UHGV virus genome: UHGV-1484817
Strand: one strand, 5' to 3'
DNA length: 64,000 bases
From: a virus
The notes under the pieces were generated by a model. It worked only from the letters and a program-made list of their open reading frames with translations. It was not told the DNA's origin and did no database searches. Position numbers and translations under genes: made by a program. Below, one piece after another: positions 1 to 9,707 of this stretch (its first letter is position 1; every line of letters starts with the position of its first letter).

Positions 1-982
1 TCACCGTGAAATACCCCGCGTTGATGTACTGCTGGAACGGCACATTTTTACGTCCACCGGACGCTATCAGGATGCCGTTCTCCCGTAACCAGGCAAACAG
101 CGCGTTTTGCTTAAGTCCAACAACCTTTGCAAAATTCCCAATCAGGATCCCTTTAGCTACTGATACCCGGTCGGCAAAATCGACCTTAGGAGCGGCGGCT
201 ACCAGCTGCTGATTTAGCTGGTGGGCTTTCTGTTCCAGAAGCTGCTTTTGTTCAGCCAGTTCGGCAGCCAGGCGTAGGGCTTCTGGTAATGTTTGGGGGA
301 TTGCAACCGGTTGCTGTTCTTTTTGCCGGAAGTAGCTGTCTTCCAGTTTTTCAAAGAATGCCCATGCTTCATTTGTGTCCACGATCTTAGACATGCGTGC
401 AGCGCCGCGCTCTGTCCAGAGTGTAAGGCTTCTGGCGTTCTTACCAACAGAGTAACTTCCGGTTACTCTGTTCTTAAATTCTCTTAATTTTAAACCAGTT
501 AGAAGAAAGTAATGCTTACCTTCTTCAAAGCGGTCAAGGTTGCGAGACAAATTGTTGCGAATATTGGCTTCATCGACCCCATACCCTCTAGCAAGAGTTT
601 CGGTTGTCACGACACGTACTCCCTGCCATTCCAGAACGGGAATTTCATCCGGCTGATTCTGAACAACCACCAGTTCCGATTCCTGAACTGAAGGTGCATA
701 AATTTTTTCTGATTTAACGTTAGTTGCTTTCATTCTGTGTGCCTCCTTGCGTGCTTCGGCTGCGACGGTTGCGTAATTCAGATGACCCTGTTCGAGCAGG
801 TATTCACGGATATCGGTTAGCAGAATGCGGTGAACCGCGTGTTTGTCCTTTCTCCGGTAAAGTTGTTTGGTGATCATGAAGTAGTTGGCAATAACGCCCG
901 GTATATCCCTGGTACTGATACAGGCAGTGTGCTGTTCAATTGCCTCGATCATCTCTTCACGGGTGACTAATGACGTTCTCAT
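1..982 (-). CDS. ant: Antirepressor (Ant-like, KilAC-type C-terminus) paralogue; 3-prime end cut by the window edge
   Basis: Minus-strand frame opens with ATG at 982-980 behind a GGAGG RBS and stays open to the window edge; the first residues (MRTSLVTR...) parallel the 345-aa Ant at 50130-51167. The listed plus-strand ORF 6..212 is its antisense shadow. Confidence 0.7.
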   Translation of the reverse strand, partial: MRTSLVTREEMIEAIEQHTACISTRDIPGVIANYFMITKQLYRRKDKHAVHRILLTDIREYLLEQGHLNYATVAAEARKEAHRMKATNVKSEKIYAPSVQESELVVVQNQPDEIPVLEWQGVRVVTTETLARGYGVDEANIRNNLSRNLDRFEEGKHYFLLTGLKLREFKNRVTGSYSVGKNARSLTLWTERGAARMSKIVDTNEAWAFFEKLEDSYFRQKEQQPVAIPQTLPEALRLAAELAEQKQLLEQKAHQLNQQLVAAAPKVDFADRVSVAKGILIGNFAKVVGLKQNALFAWLRENGILIASGGRKNVPFQQYINAGYFTV

Positions 983-1200
983 AGTCCCTCCTGAGCAGAA
1001 GCGTTAACAGGGAGGCACCAGTAACTGAGAGAATTGCGCGAATCGATAGAAAAGCGGGCAGAGAAAATACAGGGAGCATCCGGAAGCTGAGAACGTGCCT
1101 CATCTTCTGTCGGTGCAATAACGAAGTGATAGTGACGTTTTTGGCAGGAGTAAAAGCGCCAGATAAATTCAGAATGAGCAGGGGTAGGGATAGTAGCCAC
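979..1200 (-). CDS. icd: Icd-like small protein (73 aa) overlapping the ant start
   Basis: 73-aa ORF MATIPTPAHSEF...; its stop overlaps the ant ATG (ATGA); a near-identical paralogue lies at 51164-51385; arrangement matches the P1 immI module. Confidence 0.65.
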   Translation of the reverse strand: MATIPTPAHSEFIWRFYSCQKRHYHFVIAPTEDEARSQLPDAPCIFSARFSIDSRNSLSYWCLPVNASAQEGL

Positions 1201-1204
1201 AATG

Positions 1205-1345
1205 GCAGCCTCCTTTTGCTAATTTAAGGAGCTACCGCGTGAGGTTCCAATCTCAATGGCGGTAGCACTGACTGGGTTGGAACTACCGGCGCAAAAGGGA
1301 ACCGGCCTGCCTTTCGGCAGCCCAGCCAGCACTACCATTGATCTC
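1205..1345 (-). ncRNA. c4: c4-like antisense RNA / structured leader of the immI module (boundaries approximate)
   Basis: Non-coding stretch immediately upstream of icd, almost identical to 51390-51530, with short hairpins (CTGCC-GAAA-GGCAG) and internal repeats; position corresponds to c4 in P1 immI. Confidence 0.4.
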
Positions 1346-1385
1346 TGAGCTAAACGCTACGTATGGCTGTGCGATGGCATGACAC

Positions 1386-1408
1386 AAAAAAAGACGCTTT
1401 TGGCGTCT
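1386..1408 (-). terminator. Rho-independent terminator-like hairpin (minus strand)
   Basis: Minus-strand reading AGACGCCAAAAGCGTCT followed by seven T; lies between the pacB stop and the c4 region. Confidence 0.5.
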
Positions 1409-1540
1409 GTGTCGCCTTTTGCATTATCCGGGGTCTCAATCCCGGCACCCGTTTTAATGAGGTGCCTGATAAGCATAAACCGAAAATGCCTCAAGGCGCA
1501 AGAGGTCAGGTTCAATGTAACATCGGTAGTTAAAAAACAC

Positions 1541-1557
1541 AATTTATTAGAGCAAAT
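1541..1557. promoter_or_regulatory. C1-type operator (Op51-like)
   Basis: AATTTATTAGAGCAAAT, near-perfect reverse complement of the P1 C1 operator consensus ATTGCTCTAATAAATTT; abuts the pacB stop. Confidence 0.6.
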
Positions 1558-1559
1558 AT

Positions 1560-3044
1560 TCATTCGTTAAGCCATGCCAGAGCTTCATCAACCTGCGCTT
1601 CGTCTTCGACGCTAAGCACTTCATCCTGGGGAACATAATCCGCCAGCATAGCGAAACAATATGTATCCCAATGGTCTGGTGAGTGCAGGTTGAGTTTTTT
1701 CTTCATATCCTCCTTACTCATCACCTTCCATTGACCTGCGGAGTTAATCCCTACAGGGATTTTCGACGCTTCCTCAATAGTTTCATTACCCTTATCCAGT
1801 CTCATACGACCAGATTTTACGGCCTCTGCGGCTTGAACGTTGGCATAAGCACGTTTATCAAAGTACAGGCTCTTATCTTCACGGCTATGCATCTTTTTAC
1901 CCCAGCGTATACGCTGTACGGTAATACCATAATACTCGTACATCAGATCCGCCGTTGCTTTACCCAGGCCATCGCCGTCTATCGCTATGGTGATATTTGG
2001 GAATCGCTCAGGATTACATTCTGCGAAAATTTTGGCGGCAAGCTGCGTTTCTGTAACGTCTGTGTATTCCAGCATTCGATAGTTGATTACACGGCGTTTA
2101 TTTCGCTGGCCGGACACCATCATGATATTGATAACGGACTTATCCCGTCCCGTACCACCAGCAACGTCCACACATGCAAGCCAGCCCCATCCTTTTGCAA
2201 TCTTGACTTTCCGCCGCGTTGCACGTTCAACCTCATCACGTCCAAGAAGGAAGCCATCCTGTGATTTAGGGAATAGGCCGCGTACCTTAATCATGTACAT
2301 AGGGTTATCACGCCCGCCGTACTCCGCCAGCTTCATTTTGATAAATGCTGGCGTTACCAACGGTGATTCCTCACTGTTAAGCGTGATCGCCGTATAAACG
2401 CCATCAGGGTTACCAGGACGCTTGGCCAGTTTATGGTGTGTATCGTAGAAATAGCCGCTTGGGCGTGTAGGCTGTGACAGCAATAAGATGCGGTTATCCT
2501 GTCCGGTAAGAGCACCGGTGATGATACCGAAAGCTCTATCACTGACACCGGAGGCTTCATCGATAATATACAGAAGATGATCTGCGTGTTCACCGGCGAG
2601 AGCTTCTTCACTTCCCAGACGAAAGCCCTTCGGTACTACAGTCCATACACCTTTACCAGTAATCTCATAGAAAGCGGTTTCTGTCAGAACAAAATAATCA
2701 GCAAGCCATGGGAAACGGCTGGTGGCAGTAGCCCAGTTTATCTTGATGTACTTGAATATACCGGTCATTACCTGCTGAATTTTGTTCGCAACGATAATGG
2801 CACGGGCACCTGGATACATGATTATGAACAACATGATCATGATAGAAGTCATGTCTGATTTCCCGGTACCGTGACCAGACGAAACAGATGTCTTGCTACC
2901 CTGTTCCTGCACAGACTCAATAATCAGATCCTGCTGCCAGGTAGGTGTTTTGCCGAACAAAACATCAGCGGCAGCAATCCAGTCATAACGATATAGCGCC
3001 ACCAGCTCGCGCCAACGTGGATCCGTTACGCAACTTCTGGCCAT
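1560..3044 (-). CDS. pacB: Terminase large subunit PacB
   Basis: 494-aa ORF translationally coupled to the upstream pacA-like gene; length and gene order pacA-pacB as in P1. Confidence 0.85.
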   Translation of the reverse strand: MARSCVTDPRWRELVALYRYDWIAAADVLFGKTPTWQQDLIIESVQEQGSKTSVSSGHGTGKSDMTSIMIMLFIIMYPGARAIIVANKIQQVMTGIFKYIKINWATATSRFPWLADYFVLTETAFYEITGKGVWTVVPKGFRLGSEEALAGEHADHLLYIIDEASGVSDRAFGIITGALTGQDNRILLLSQPTRPSGYFYDTHHKLAKRPGNPDGVYTAITLNSEESPLVTPAFIKMKLAEYGGRDNPMYMIKVRGLFPKSQDGFLLGRDEVERATRRKVKIAKGWGWLACVDVAGGTGRDKSVINIMMVSGQRNKRRVINYRMLEYTDVTETQLAAKIFAECNPERFPNITIAIDGDGLGKATADLMYEYYGITVQRIRWGKKMHSREDKSLYFDKRAYANVQAAEAVKSGRMRLDKGNETIEEASKIPVGINSAGQWKVMSKEDMKKKLNLHSPDHWDTYCFAMLADYVPQDEVLSVEDEAQVDEALAWLNE

Positions 3045-4237
3045 TAATCATCATCCCCGTATAGCTTGCGGGTAACTTCTTCGTCTTCCTCCTCGTCTTC
3101 GTCCAGGTCTTGTTCCAGCCATGGGTCGTTTGATACACCTTCAGTATCAACATCTCCATAACCGCCTGTATCAACGATATCGGCGATTTCTTCCCTACGC
3201 TGCTCAATCCACAATGCGGCATCGGCGCGGCGGTTGGCGGCCCGTTCTCGCGCAACTTTGTCCAGATCTTCAAGAGAAGGGCCACCGACGGCTGTTTGCC
3301 TTTCCTCATCATCGGTATTGGTCTTAGGAGCACGCAGATCGGCTTTGATTTGCTCCAGCATCAGGGGCGGCACTTTTCCGCCATGCGCCTCGATGAATTC
3401 AGCTGCTTCCAGCACTGACCAGTTATTTTCACGCTTTCGTTCGTATGCCAGCTTAACAATGCCAGCTTGCCCCATAGATAAAGCGTGCTTTTCCGCCTCC
3501 CGGCTTTCTTTTCGATAGTTATTCCGGATGCTGTAAATGGTGTTGATCAGGCTGCTTATCTGCGCGGAACAGCTGTTTAGCATGCTCGCGATACGATATT
3601 CAGGCGGAGTCCCTTCATCATCGTCTTTTTGCTGATCGCGCATTTCCTGCACCAGACGAATACACGTATCCCTGGCATTCTCCAGCATAAGGAGATGAGA
3701 AAGAGACTTTTCCAGAAGAGTGGTTTCCAGAACATCGGCCCCGGACCGACGCAACATAGCGCGCGCAGCCTTCCGCGCTTCAACGTTATCTATCAGGTAA
3801 TCGCCAGCTTCGAATTCAAAGCGTTCACCATCATCATCCAGGGTGTCGCGTTCCAGGCGATCACGTAAGGTCCGGTGGGCGCGGGTGATCACGTCATGAT
3901 CATCAGAACGATCATTTATGCGCTTATTTTGGCGCTTCGCATTCTCGACTGCGGCACTGACAACGGCATTAACCCTTTGTTTTTCCGCTATTTCAGCCGC
4001 AATGTGATCACCTGCATGTTGATCATTAGAGTGATCAATGATCATGCTTTTTAGTGGCTTCCTGACTGGCTTATTTGGCTTGCGGCTGTCCGCTGTCCTG
4101 GTGTCTTCTTTGAAGGCACGGAGATAACGACGTGCAGTATTAGGGTTAAGATTAAACTCGGCGGCATACTGTGCGATGGTGTAACCACCATCTCGCGCCA
4201 GGCGAGCAAAATTCTTCTTGTGATCGTCCCAGGTCAC
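3044..4237 (-). CDS. pacA: Terminase small subunit / pac-recognition protein PacA
   Basis: 397-aa ORF, acidic C-terminus; contains the TGATCA hexamer clusters typical of a P1 pac site within its coding sequence. Confidence 0.85.
   Translation of the reverse strand: MTWDDHKKNFARLARDGGYTIAQYAAEFNLNPNTARRYLRAFKEDTRTADSRKPNKPVRKPLKSMIIDHSNDQHAGDHIAAEIAEKQRVNAVVSAAVENAKRQNKRINDRSDDHDVITRAHRTLRDRLERDTLDDDGERFEFEAGDYLIDNVEARKAARAMLRRSGADVLETTLLEKSLSHLLMLENARDTCIRLVQEMRDQQKDDDEGTPPEYRIASMLNSCSAQISSLINTIYSIRNNYRKESREAEKHALSMGQAGIVKLAYERKRENNWSVLEAAEFIEAHGGKVPPLMLEQIKADLRAPKTNTDDEERQTAVGGPSLEDLDKVARERAANRRADAALWIEQRREEIADIVDTGGYGDVDTEGVSNDPWLEQDLDEDEEEDEEVTRKLYGDDD
3886..4044. other. pac packaging site (two clusters of TGATCA hexamers)
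   Basis: TGATCA at 3886, 3897 and at 4005, 4020, 4032, 4039, with a CGATCA at 3909; two clusters about 100 bp apart, the architecture described for P1 pac (Dam-methylatable hexamers). Confidence 0.6.
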
Positions 4238-4322
4238 TTATGCTTCCTTTCGTAAAAACTCTTTTTGACGCGAGGGTAACGAAAGTCACATGTCAAAAGG
4301 CCCGGAACGGGCAAGCAATCAA

Positions 4323-4775
4323 TCAGATACGTGCGGATGTGGCATTACCGTAATGACGGTGCTGACGGGCCACCTTATTGAAAAGTTGACGCGCCATTAC
4401 CCAAGGCTGGTGCTCCCGGCGTTCCTTTTCGTCCTGCGTCATATAGAGTTCGTTCTGGAGTTTTTCATCAAACCGGCGCGGAGCGCGGCTACGGCGAAAG
4501 AATTCAGGATTCAGAGAGTGGATCTGAAATCTACGTGGGCGTGTACTGTCATCAATCAAAACAGACGAATACTTAGACACAGCGATAGCCTTTAAGCGCA
4601 GATAAACATCGCGCTTATCGACATCCAGATGCGGGTATTCCTTTTCAAGAATTGCTGCGAGTTCTTTCGCTGATAGAAGAGATTTAGTGCGGATCATGTA
4701 ATCCGCAATCTCGTACGATGTTATTCGTGAGTGATTTATTTCCATGAAGTGGCGTCCCTGCCAGTTAAGTAACAT
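4323..4775 (-). CDS. lpa: Late promoter activator (Lpa-like)
   Basis: 150-aa ORF directly upstream of pacA with a C1 operator in front, the position of lpa in P1. Confidence 0.65.
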   Translation of the reverse strand: MLLNWQGRHFMEINHSRITSYEIADYMIRTKSLLSAKELAAILEKEYPHLDVDKRDVYLRLKAIAVSKYSSVLIDDSTRPRRFQIHSLNPEFFRRSRAPRRFDEKLQNELYMTQDEKERREHQPWVMARQLFNKVARQHRHYGNATSARI

Positions 4776-4845
4776 CCTGTCACCTACTGATTAGCCCATG
4801 TCAACTAATCAACGTGGAATATAATACCCTCGATTAAAGAAATAG

Positions 4846-4862
4846 CAATACATTAGAGCAAT
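4846..4862. promoter_or_regulatory. C1-type operator (Op88-like, partial match)
   Basis: ...ACATTAGAGCAAT...; right half TTAGAGCAAT matches the operator consensus exactly, left half is degenerate; sits upstream of lpa. Confidence 0.45.
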
Positions 4863-4863
4863 T

Positions 4864-5907
4864 TTATCTAACGCTCGACGAGTGACTTGTGATAGCGCCG
4901 ACTCCAAGCGCGTAATCAAAGAACAATCGTTGATGCATCGCCAGCCTACCGTGCGTCTTCTCCCAATTATCGCGGTCACGCTCAATATCACGCTGGCATG
5001 ACTGGCACAGAGGAATTGCGTAAATGTCATGCGCGCATAATCGACTATGACGAACGATATAAGGCGTAATGTGAGCGCCAGCTCCCGCCGCTCCACACCC
5101 ACAGCATGGACGGGAAGCAACAAAGTCCATGTACTCAGGTAATTTTAGCGATTGCAGTTTTGGTATTTTGAAATGCGCCATGCCAGGGTCGGAGTCAACA
5201 TCCACAGGGCATACTTTTGCACGCATCGGCGCGGCGCGTTCTTCCATCATCTGAACATATGCTGTAGCGCGATCGTCATACGGGCGAATATCCGCCTCTT
5301 TCAGAGGTCCGCTATCCTGCGTTGCGGCTTTCATCTTATTTATTGATATACGGCAAACTTCTTCCGGCATCAGGTGCATCATGTTGCGCATGAAAGCCCA
5401 CCAGCACAGTTCCTGAATACTTAAATCATGGCCATCTGAAAGCCCCATTTCCTGACGGGCGACATCCAGTATCCAGTTAACGCGATTATTATGCAGCGTT
5501 TCTTTCAGCTCATTAAAACCACGCATCCGGTAATGGTTATCGTGATGCCAGCACAACAACACCGCGCTATTGTCTCGTTCTGCGTGGACAATATGGTTGT
5601 CACACCAGCTACGATCTGCGGCCTGGCATTGCCCCTCTTTCCTGCGCAACCACGCCACCAGCGCGTCAATTCCACCAATACGGCGAAACAGTTCATCGCT
5701 GTTAAAAAACGGCTGCAACGCCTCATTTGTTGCCATAGTTTGCTCGGAAACAACGAGGCCGTCGTCCATGTGCTCGATTAACTCACGCGGCACCGGCTCC
5801 ATAATAAATTTACGGCCAGCCTCCACCAGCTTTCTGACTTCCTGATCCACTTTGAATGTGGCGACGCCAAGCTCTTTTTGTACAAAGGGAGTAATTATGG
5901 CTTTCAC
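4864..5907 (-). CDS. Hypothetical protein (position of P1 pdcB), Cys-rich C-terminus
   Basis: 347-aa ORF between doc and lpa; C-terminal CxxC...CxxC cluster. Confidence 0.55.
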   Translation of the reverse strand: MKAIITPFVQKELGVATFKVDQEVRKLVEAGRKFIMEPVPRELIEHMDDGLVVSEQTMATNEALQPFFNSDELFRRIGGIDALVAWLRRKEGQCQAADRSWCDNHIVHAERDNSAVLLCWHHDNHYRMRGFNELKETLHNNRVNWILDVARQEMGLSDGHDLSIQELCWWAFMRNMMHLMPEEVCRISINKMKAATQDSGPLKEADIRPYDDRATAYVQMMEERAAPMRAKVCPVDVDSDPGMAHFKIPKLQSLKLPEYMDFVASRPCCGCGAAGAGAHITPYIVRHSRLCAHDIYAIPLCQSCQRDIERDRDNWEKTHGRLAMHQRLFFDYALGVGAITSHSSSVR

Positions 5908-5934
5908 ATCACACCTTTAATCACTGATTGGGCT

Positions 5935-6135
5935 TTATCTGCTGCCCGGCATTCTCTGTTTAAGCACAACCATTTCCTGACGGCATAACACAGCAATAGC
6001 GGTCCTGACTCCAATTTGCTTACCAACCAGGTATTGCTTTACCTTGCGGCGGCTCACGCCATCAAGAAGCATCTTTAACGCTTCACGGGACAACTTGTTG
6101 TATTTACGTGCCATTAATCTACTCCGCAGAACCAT
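5935..6135 (-). CDS. Small basic hypothetical protein (position of P1 pdcA)
   Basis: 66-aa ORF just downstream of doc; short and basic, true start uncertain. Confidence 0.3.
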   Translation of the reverse strand: MVLRSRLMARKYNKLSREALKMLLDGVSRRKVKQYLVGKQIGVRTAIAVLCRQEMVVLKQRMPGSR

Positions 6136-6499
6136 ACAATCTACGTAACGTGTCGGCGACAGAAGATACAGATATCTCGCCAGTCGCAGCGCCTACGGTA
6201 AGGTCTGCCAGTTCAGGTGAATCAAATACCTGCACCCCGTTACGGCGTAGAAATAGCAGCGCACTGTTTAGCGCGGTACGCTTATTGGCATCATTGAATA
6301 TATGCCCTCTCGCTGTAGCCACCAGGTAGGTGGCGGAGACTTCGAAAAGGTCGGTGATCTCTTCGTAGGCAACTCTGGCCTGAACTCTCCCGATAATGGC
6401 CTCTGCCCTACCCGGATCAGACATTCCCGGCAGGCCGCCGTAGCGGCTTATATTCGCATCATGAAGCGCAACAAGTTCTTCCGGTGATATATGTCTCAT
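6119..6499 (-). CDS. doc: Doc toxin (Fic-family kinase)
   Basis: 126-aa [25 protein letters not shown]...; recognisable as P1 Doc; start overlaps the phd stop. Confidence 0.9.
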
Positions 6500-6720
6500 T
6501 ATCGGTTAACCAGTTCCTTGTTGGTGGAGTCCAGGGTGTCAAACAGGGATGCAAATTCAGCATCCAGCGCCGCTTTTTTGTAGGCTTCGAAAGTAGCCTT
6601 GCTGACAATTACTGCTGGCTCACGGCCTCTGCGGGTGATTTCAACCTCTTCCCCGGCTTCAACATTGTTGAGCACTTCAGAAAGGTTGCCGCGCGCGGTA
6701 CGGAAGTTAATGGATTGCAT
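6499..6720 (-). CDS. phd: Phd antitoxin
   Basis: 73 aa from [32 protein letters not shown]...; recognisable as P1 Phd (the ORF track adds two codons upstream). Confidence 0.9.
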   Translation of the reverse strand: MQSINFRTARGNLSEVLNNVEAGEEVEITRRGREPAVIVSKATFEAYKKAALDAEFASLFDTLDSTNKELVNR

Positions 6721-6792
6721 AAACACCTCGTGTACTCGTTATGTGTACACAATTATAAACTTCACAGGCATAAAGCACCAGCACTTTGCAGC

Positions 6793-7182
6793 TTAAATAA
6801 CCGGACAATCATCAAATTCCCCACTTCGGGCATCATTGATGACATGAGTGATCACACCAAAAACAGCATTACTGCCCGTGTATCCATCGTCATCTACTGG
6901 TAACGCCTCTTTCTTCCCGGTGCTTAAGTCCTCCAGGTGCTGGCGCGGATACTTCCTGTATCTCTTTATGCGATATTCACCCTCCATAGCGCACACAAGC
7001 AGAGAACCATCAACCGGAGTAAGCGAGGAATCAACCACCAGCAAAGCTCCCTGCAATATTCCCTCACGGTGATGGCTATCAGCTGCCCGCATGAAGTAGG
7101 TCGCTGAAGGATGTCTAATTATCTGCTGATCAAGAGAAATTCGGCTTTCAACATAATCCGCCGCAGGAGAAGGGAAGCCCAT
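6793..7182 (-). CDS. humD: UmuD-like S24 peptidase (HumD)
   Basis: 129-aa ORF with LexA/UmuD-type peptidase fold features; LexA box immediately upstream. Confidence 0.8.
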   Translation of the reverse strand: MGFPSPAADYVESRISLDQQIIRHPSATYFMRAADSHHREGILQGALLVVDSSLTPVDGSLLVCAMEGEYRIKRYRKYPRQHLEDLSTGKKEALPVDDDGYTGSNAVFGVITHVINDARSGEFDDCPVI

Positions 7183-7200
7183 AGCGTTTTACCTCAATGA

Positions 7201-7220
7201 TACTGTTTATTCATACAGTA
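7201..7220. promoter_or_regulatory. LexA (SOS) box
   Basis: TACTGTTTATTCATACAGTA = CTGT-N8-ACAG palindrome, 19 bp upstream of the humD start. Confidence 0.6.
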
Positions 7221-7305
7221 TACATTGAAAAGGCATAGTTTGTGAAAGCGGGGTTTGTAGGCGCGCCACGCTGGGGGCTAATCACATTTCTCCCCCATCT
7301 TGCCG

Positions 7306-7557
7306 TTATTTTTTTGGTGCATCCTCGTTCTGATACACCGGATCGCTCCCTTTTGGCAACTGGAGGCTTAACTGCCGGTAGTGCCGTAGCCGTTCCATGA
7401 AATAGGCGCGCAGGTTTTCCGGTTGCTCACGGGCCACCTGCTCTGCAATCACAGGTATATTCAGCCGTTCTTTGTAAGCAACGCCGCTGGCGGCAAGGTC
7501 TACGTTCACCTTGTCTCGCTCTTCCTGGCTTTTAGCTGCTATATTTCGATCTGACAC
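7306..7557 (-). CDS. hot: DNA polymerase III theta-subunit homologue (Hot)
   Basis: 83-aa ORF with [21 protein letters not shown]...REQPE motif characteristic of HolE/theta. Confidence 0.8.
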   Translation of the reverse strand: MSDRNIAAKSQEERDKVNVDLAASGVAYKERLNIPVIAEQVAREQPENLRAYFMERLRHYRQLSLQLPKGSDPVYQNEDAPKK

Positions 7558-7589
7558 AAGAAACCTCCAGGAGTTAGTGGATCAGGCAC

Positions 7590-7940
7590 ATGCACAATAA
7601 CGTTCTCAATGTTAGCCGTTCAATTCAGACAATCAGAGACTGCACCAGTGTGGTGGCATCAATCCCATTGCGAAACAGCATAGACGAACTGCAAATTCGT
7701 GTATTGAATCCGAATCAGGCTAATAAGCAATTGCGCTTTATTTTGACGCTGAAAAGTGAAACAGAGGGGATAAAGCACAGCGTAAAAGTGTTTTCTGAGG
7801 CCATTCTGCTTAATGGGAAGCTCCGGCATCTGGTAAGGCCAGAACGTCAATATCCTGACGTCCTGGCGCGTGAAAAAGACCTTCTTTCTGAAGTTCAGGA
7901 TAGGGTGATCGATTTCGTCAAATGCTATCCCCTGCATTGA
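7590..7940 (+). CDS. Hypothetical protein
   Basis: 116-aa plus-strand ORF in the gap between minus-strand genes; no recognisable motif. Confidence 0.3.
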   Translation: MHNNVLNVSRSIQTIRDCTSVVASIPLRNSIDELQIRVLNPNQANKQLRFILTLKSETEGIKHSVKVFSEAILLNGKLRHLVRPERQYPDVLAREKDLLSEVQDRVIDFVKCYPLH

Positions 7941-8209
7941 GGGCAGGTGTTCCCTTCCGCAAAGTAGGGAAAATTGCTATCAAGTTCATCACACCATCTG
8001 CGATGGTCGTAGCACCAAAACGCCTCCCACGGTGCACGGAAATACTTCATCCACCAGGACACTCGATCAGGTATATCTGCTGGTGGCAGTTCTTCTGGCA
8101 ATAATTTGCCTGATAATTCCCTTTCCGCCCGCGACAGCATTTTTTTGAGGCTCGCGTTCTCTTTTTCAAGCTCATCTACGCGCACCTGTAATTCAGCTTT
8201 CGTTGGCAT
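7925..8209 (-). CDS. Hypothetical protein with C-terminal CxxC
   Basis: ORF 7925-8290; start moved to the internal Met (MPTKAELQ...) to limit overlap with the upstream gene; coiled-coil segment. Confidence 0.4.
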   Translation of the reverse strand: MPTKAELQVRVDELEKENASLKKMLSRAERELSGKLLPEELPPADIPDRVSWWMKYFRAPWEAFWCYDHRRWCDELDSNFPYFAEGNTCPQCRG

Positions 8210-9275
8210 GGTCCACCTCATGCTTTTCAGCCACCAGCGGCAATAAAGCCCTGGCCATCTTATGAACCAATAGTGCATCAATAATGCCAAGCGTATGCCC
8301 CGGCTTAATGTTTAATGCCGCCTCAAGGCGACACCTTTCCAGGCCACTTTTCTCGGCTTGTTTATGATGATCTGGTGTAATAACGTCGCCCAAAACACGG
8401 CTAATTCTTTCTCGTAATTGCTGGGTGCCAGCACACTTGATCGCTGTATCGTGGAGACGGTTAACCAGTTCGCGATAAACATGCGGCTTAATTCGGATAC
8501 GTTCACCGGTGACGCCCTTTCCTGGTGCTGGCACCGAACTATCCGGAATATCCGGATAGTTGCCAGCCAGTCTACGCAAAACAGCCTTAACAGCCTCAAT
8601 ACGGTCATCATCGCAACTTTCCAGCGTATCTATGCGATCGAGCATGATGATGGCGTTATCAATATCAGGATTGCCGGTCCACTCATTACCGCGATTGGAT
8701 TCGGCAGTCTGGTTGCCGCGTACTGGTTGATTCTCGGCTTTACCCTGTCTGTCGTTGCTGCATGAATGCCCTTCCAGCCAGACCAGTGCTTGTCGCATGA
8801 AATACGCAATATGCTTGCCGTGGTAATCGTCTTCATCGATGTGAAAAGCGATACTGCGGATATATTCAATTGCGTTTTCAATGGCCTCTAACGCTATCGG
8901 TGCTGGCGGAGTGGTATATAGTTTTCGACATTTGTTTATCCAACCGGCATGGTCAGGCGTGTCTGTAAAGCGCAAATCGTCTTCGTAGCACTCACGACTT
9001 CGTTCTTTCCATTCCGTCCACGGAACACCGCTATTCCAGGTGGGACGAGTGCAGGACTGATACAGAACAGGCTCTGCTTCCAGTGATGCCAGTGCAATCC
9101 GTGCCAGCTCACGCACAACTTCCGGCGGCGCGTAACGGTCATTCAGGTCATCCCACAGGCGTAGCATGTTATCGCTACCAGGGTGAACATCCTCGTTAGT
9201 TCCGGCCAGCGCACTAATAACCTCATCGGCTGCTTCAATAATTTTCTGTGCCTGTTCTCTGGTAATAGTGGTCAT
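8193..9275 (-). CDS. Hypothetical protein, MTTIT paralogue family (360 aa)
   Basis: N-terminus MTTITREQAQKI... and motifs ELARIALA.LE, YxxPPAP shared with the ORFs at 9708-10103 and 10311-10775. Confidence 0.6.
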   Translation of the reverse strand: MTTITREQAQKIIEAADEVISALAGTNEDVHPGSDNMLRLWDDLNDRYAPPEVVRELARIALASLEAEPVLYQSCTRPTWNSGVPWTEWKERSRECYEDDLRFTDTPDHAGWINKCRKLYTTPPAPIALEAIENAIEYIRSIAFHIDEDDYHGKHIAYFMRQALVWLEGHSCSNDRQGKAENQPVRGNQTAESNRGNEWTGNPDIDNAIIMLDRIDTLESCDDDRIEAVKAVLRRLAGNYPDIPDSSVPAPGKGVTGERIRIKPHVYRELVNRLHDTAIKCAGTQQLRERISRVLGDVITPDHHKQAEKSGLERCRLEAALNIKPGHTLGIIDALLVHKMARALLPLVAEKHEVDHANES

Positions 9276-9285
9276 TTGTTATGCC

Positions 9286-9483
9286 TCAATACACGAAATC
9301 TGTTTTAAATTCATGGTTACATTCTGGACAGCATGTTTCGTAACCTTTTATTTCTTCACATGCCTGTTTAGCTCCAGAAAACTCCCAGAAATCAGCATCA
9401 CAAAGCAGATCGAAATTGTGACCGCATTTTGGGCATTCGGTATCAAGTGACAGATTCCAGTAAGCAGTGGTGTTTTTATCCAT
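9286..9483 (-). CDS. Small zinc-ribbon protein
   Basis: CPKCGH ... CCPECNH motifs; start set at internal MDKNTTAYW. Confidence 0.45.
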   Translation of the reverse strand: MDKNTTAYWNLSLDTECPKCGHNFDLLCDADFWEFSGAKQACEEIKGYETCCPECNHEFKTDFVY

Positions 9484-9484
9484 A

Positions 9485-9706
9485 TCAGTCTCCTTTACCC
9501 GCTGCTTTCTCCTGCTCTTTAGCAAGCCGCTCCGCTTCTCTGAAATCCCAGTCAACTCGACGTGCTATATCAATTGCAGAACGCACGGTACGTTCAATTA
9601 GCGTATCCAGATTATCGATTGTCATTGCCATATCTGGATTGCGAGATAAAATCTCCGCCCTCTGAATCTGCCAGTTGTTGCAGGTTTCAAGTAATGAGTT
9701 AGCCAT
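9485..9706 (-). CDS. Small hypothetical protein
   Basis: ORF 9485-9748 trimmed to the MANSLLETC... start, adjacent to the next gene stop. Confidence 0.4.
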   Translation of the reverse strand: MANSLLETCNNWQIQRAEILSRNPDMAMTIDNLDTLIERTVRSAIDIARRVDWDFREAERLAKEQEKAAGKGD

Positions 9707-9707
9707 A

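Noticed and set aside
6-212. Plus-strand ORF of 68 aa at the left edge, with a near-identical ORF at 50266-50706
   Set aside because: Both are antisense shadows of the minus-strand ant genes; their similarity merely reflects the duplicated ant sequence.
1683-2858. Plus-strand ORFs (193, 104 and 93 aa) inside the pacB region
   Set aside because: Entirely contained in the opposite strand of a well-supported terminase gene; no RBS or independent support.
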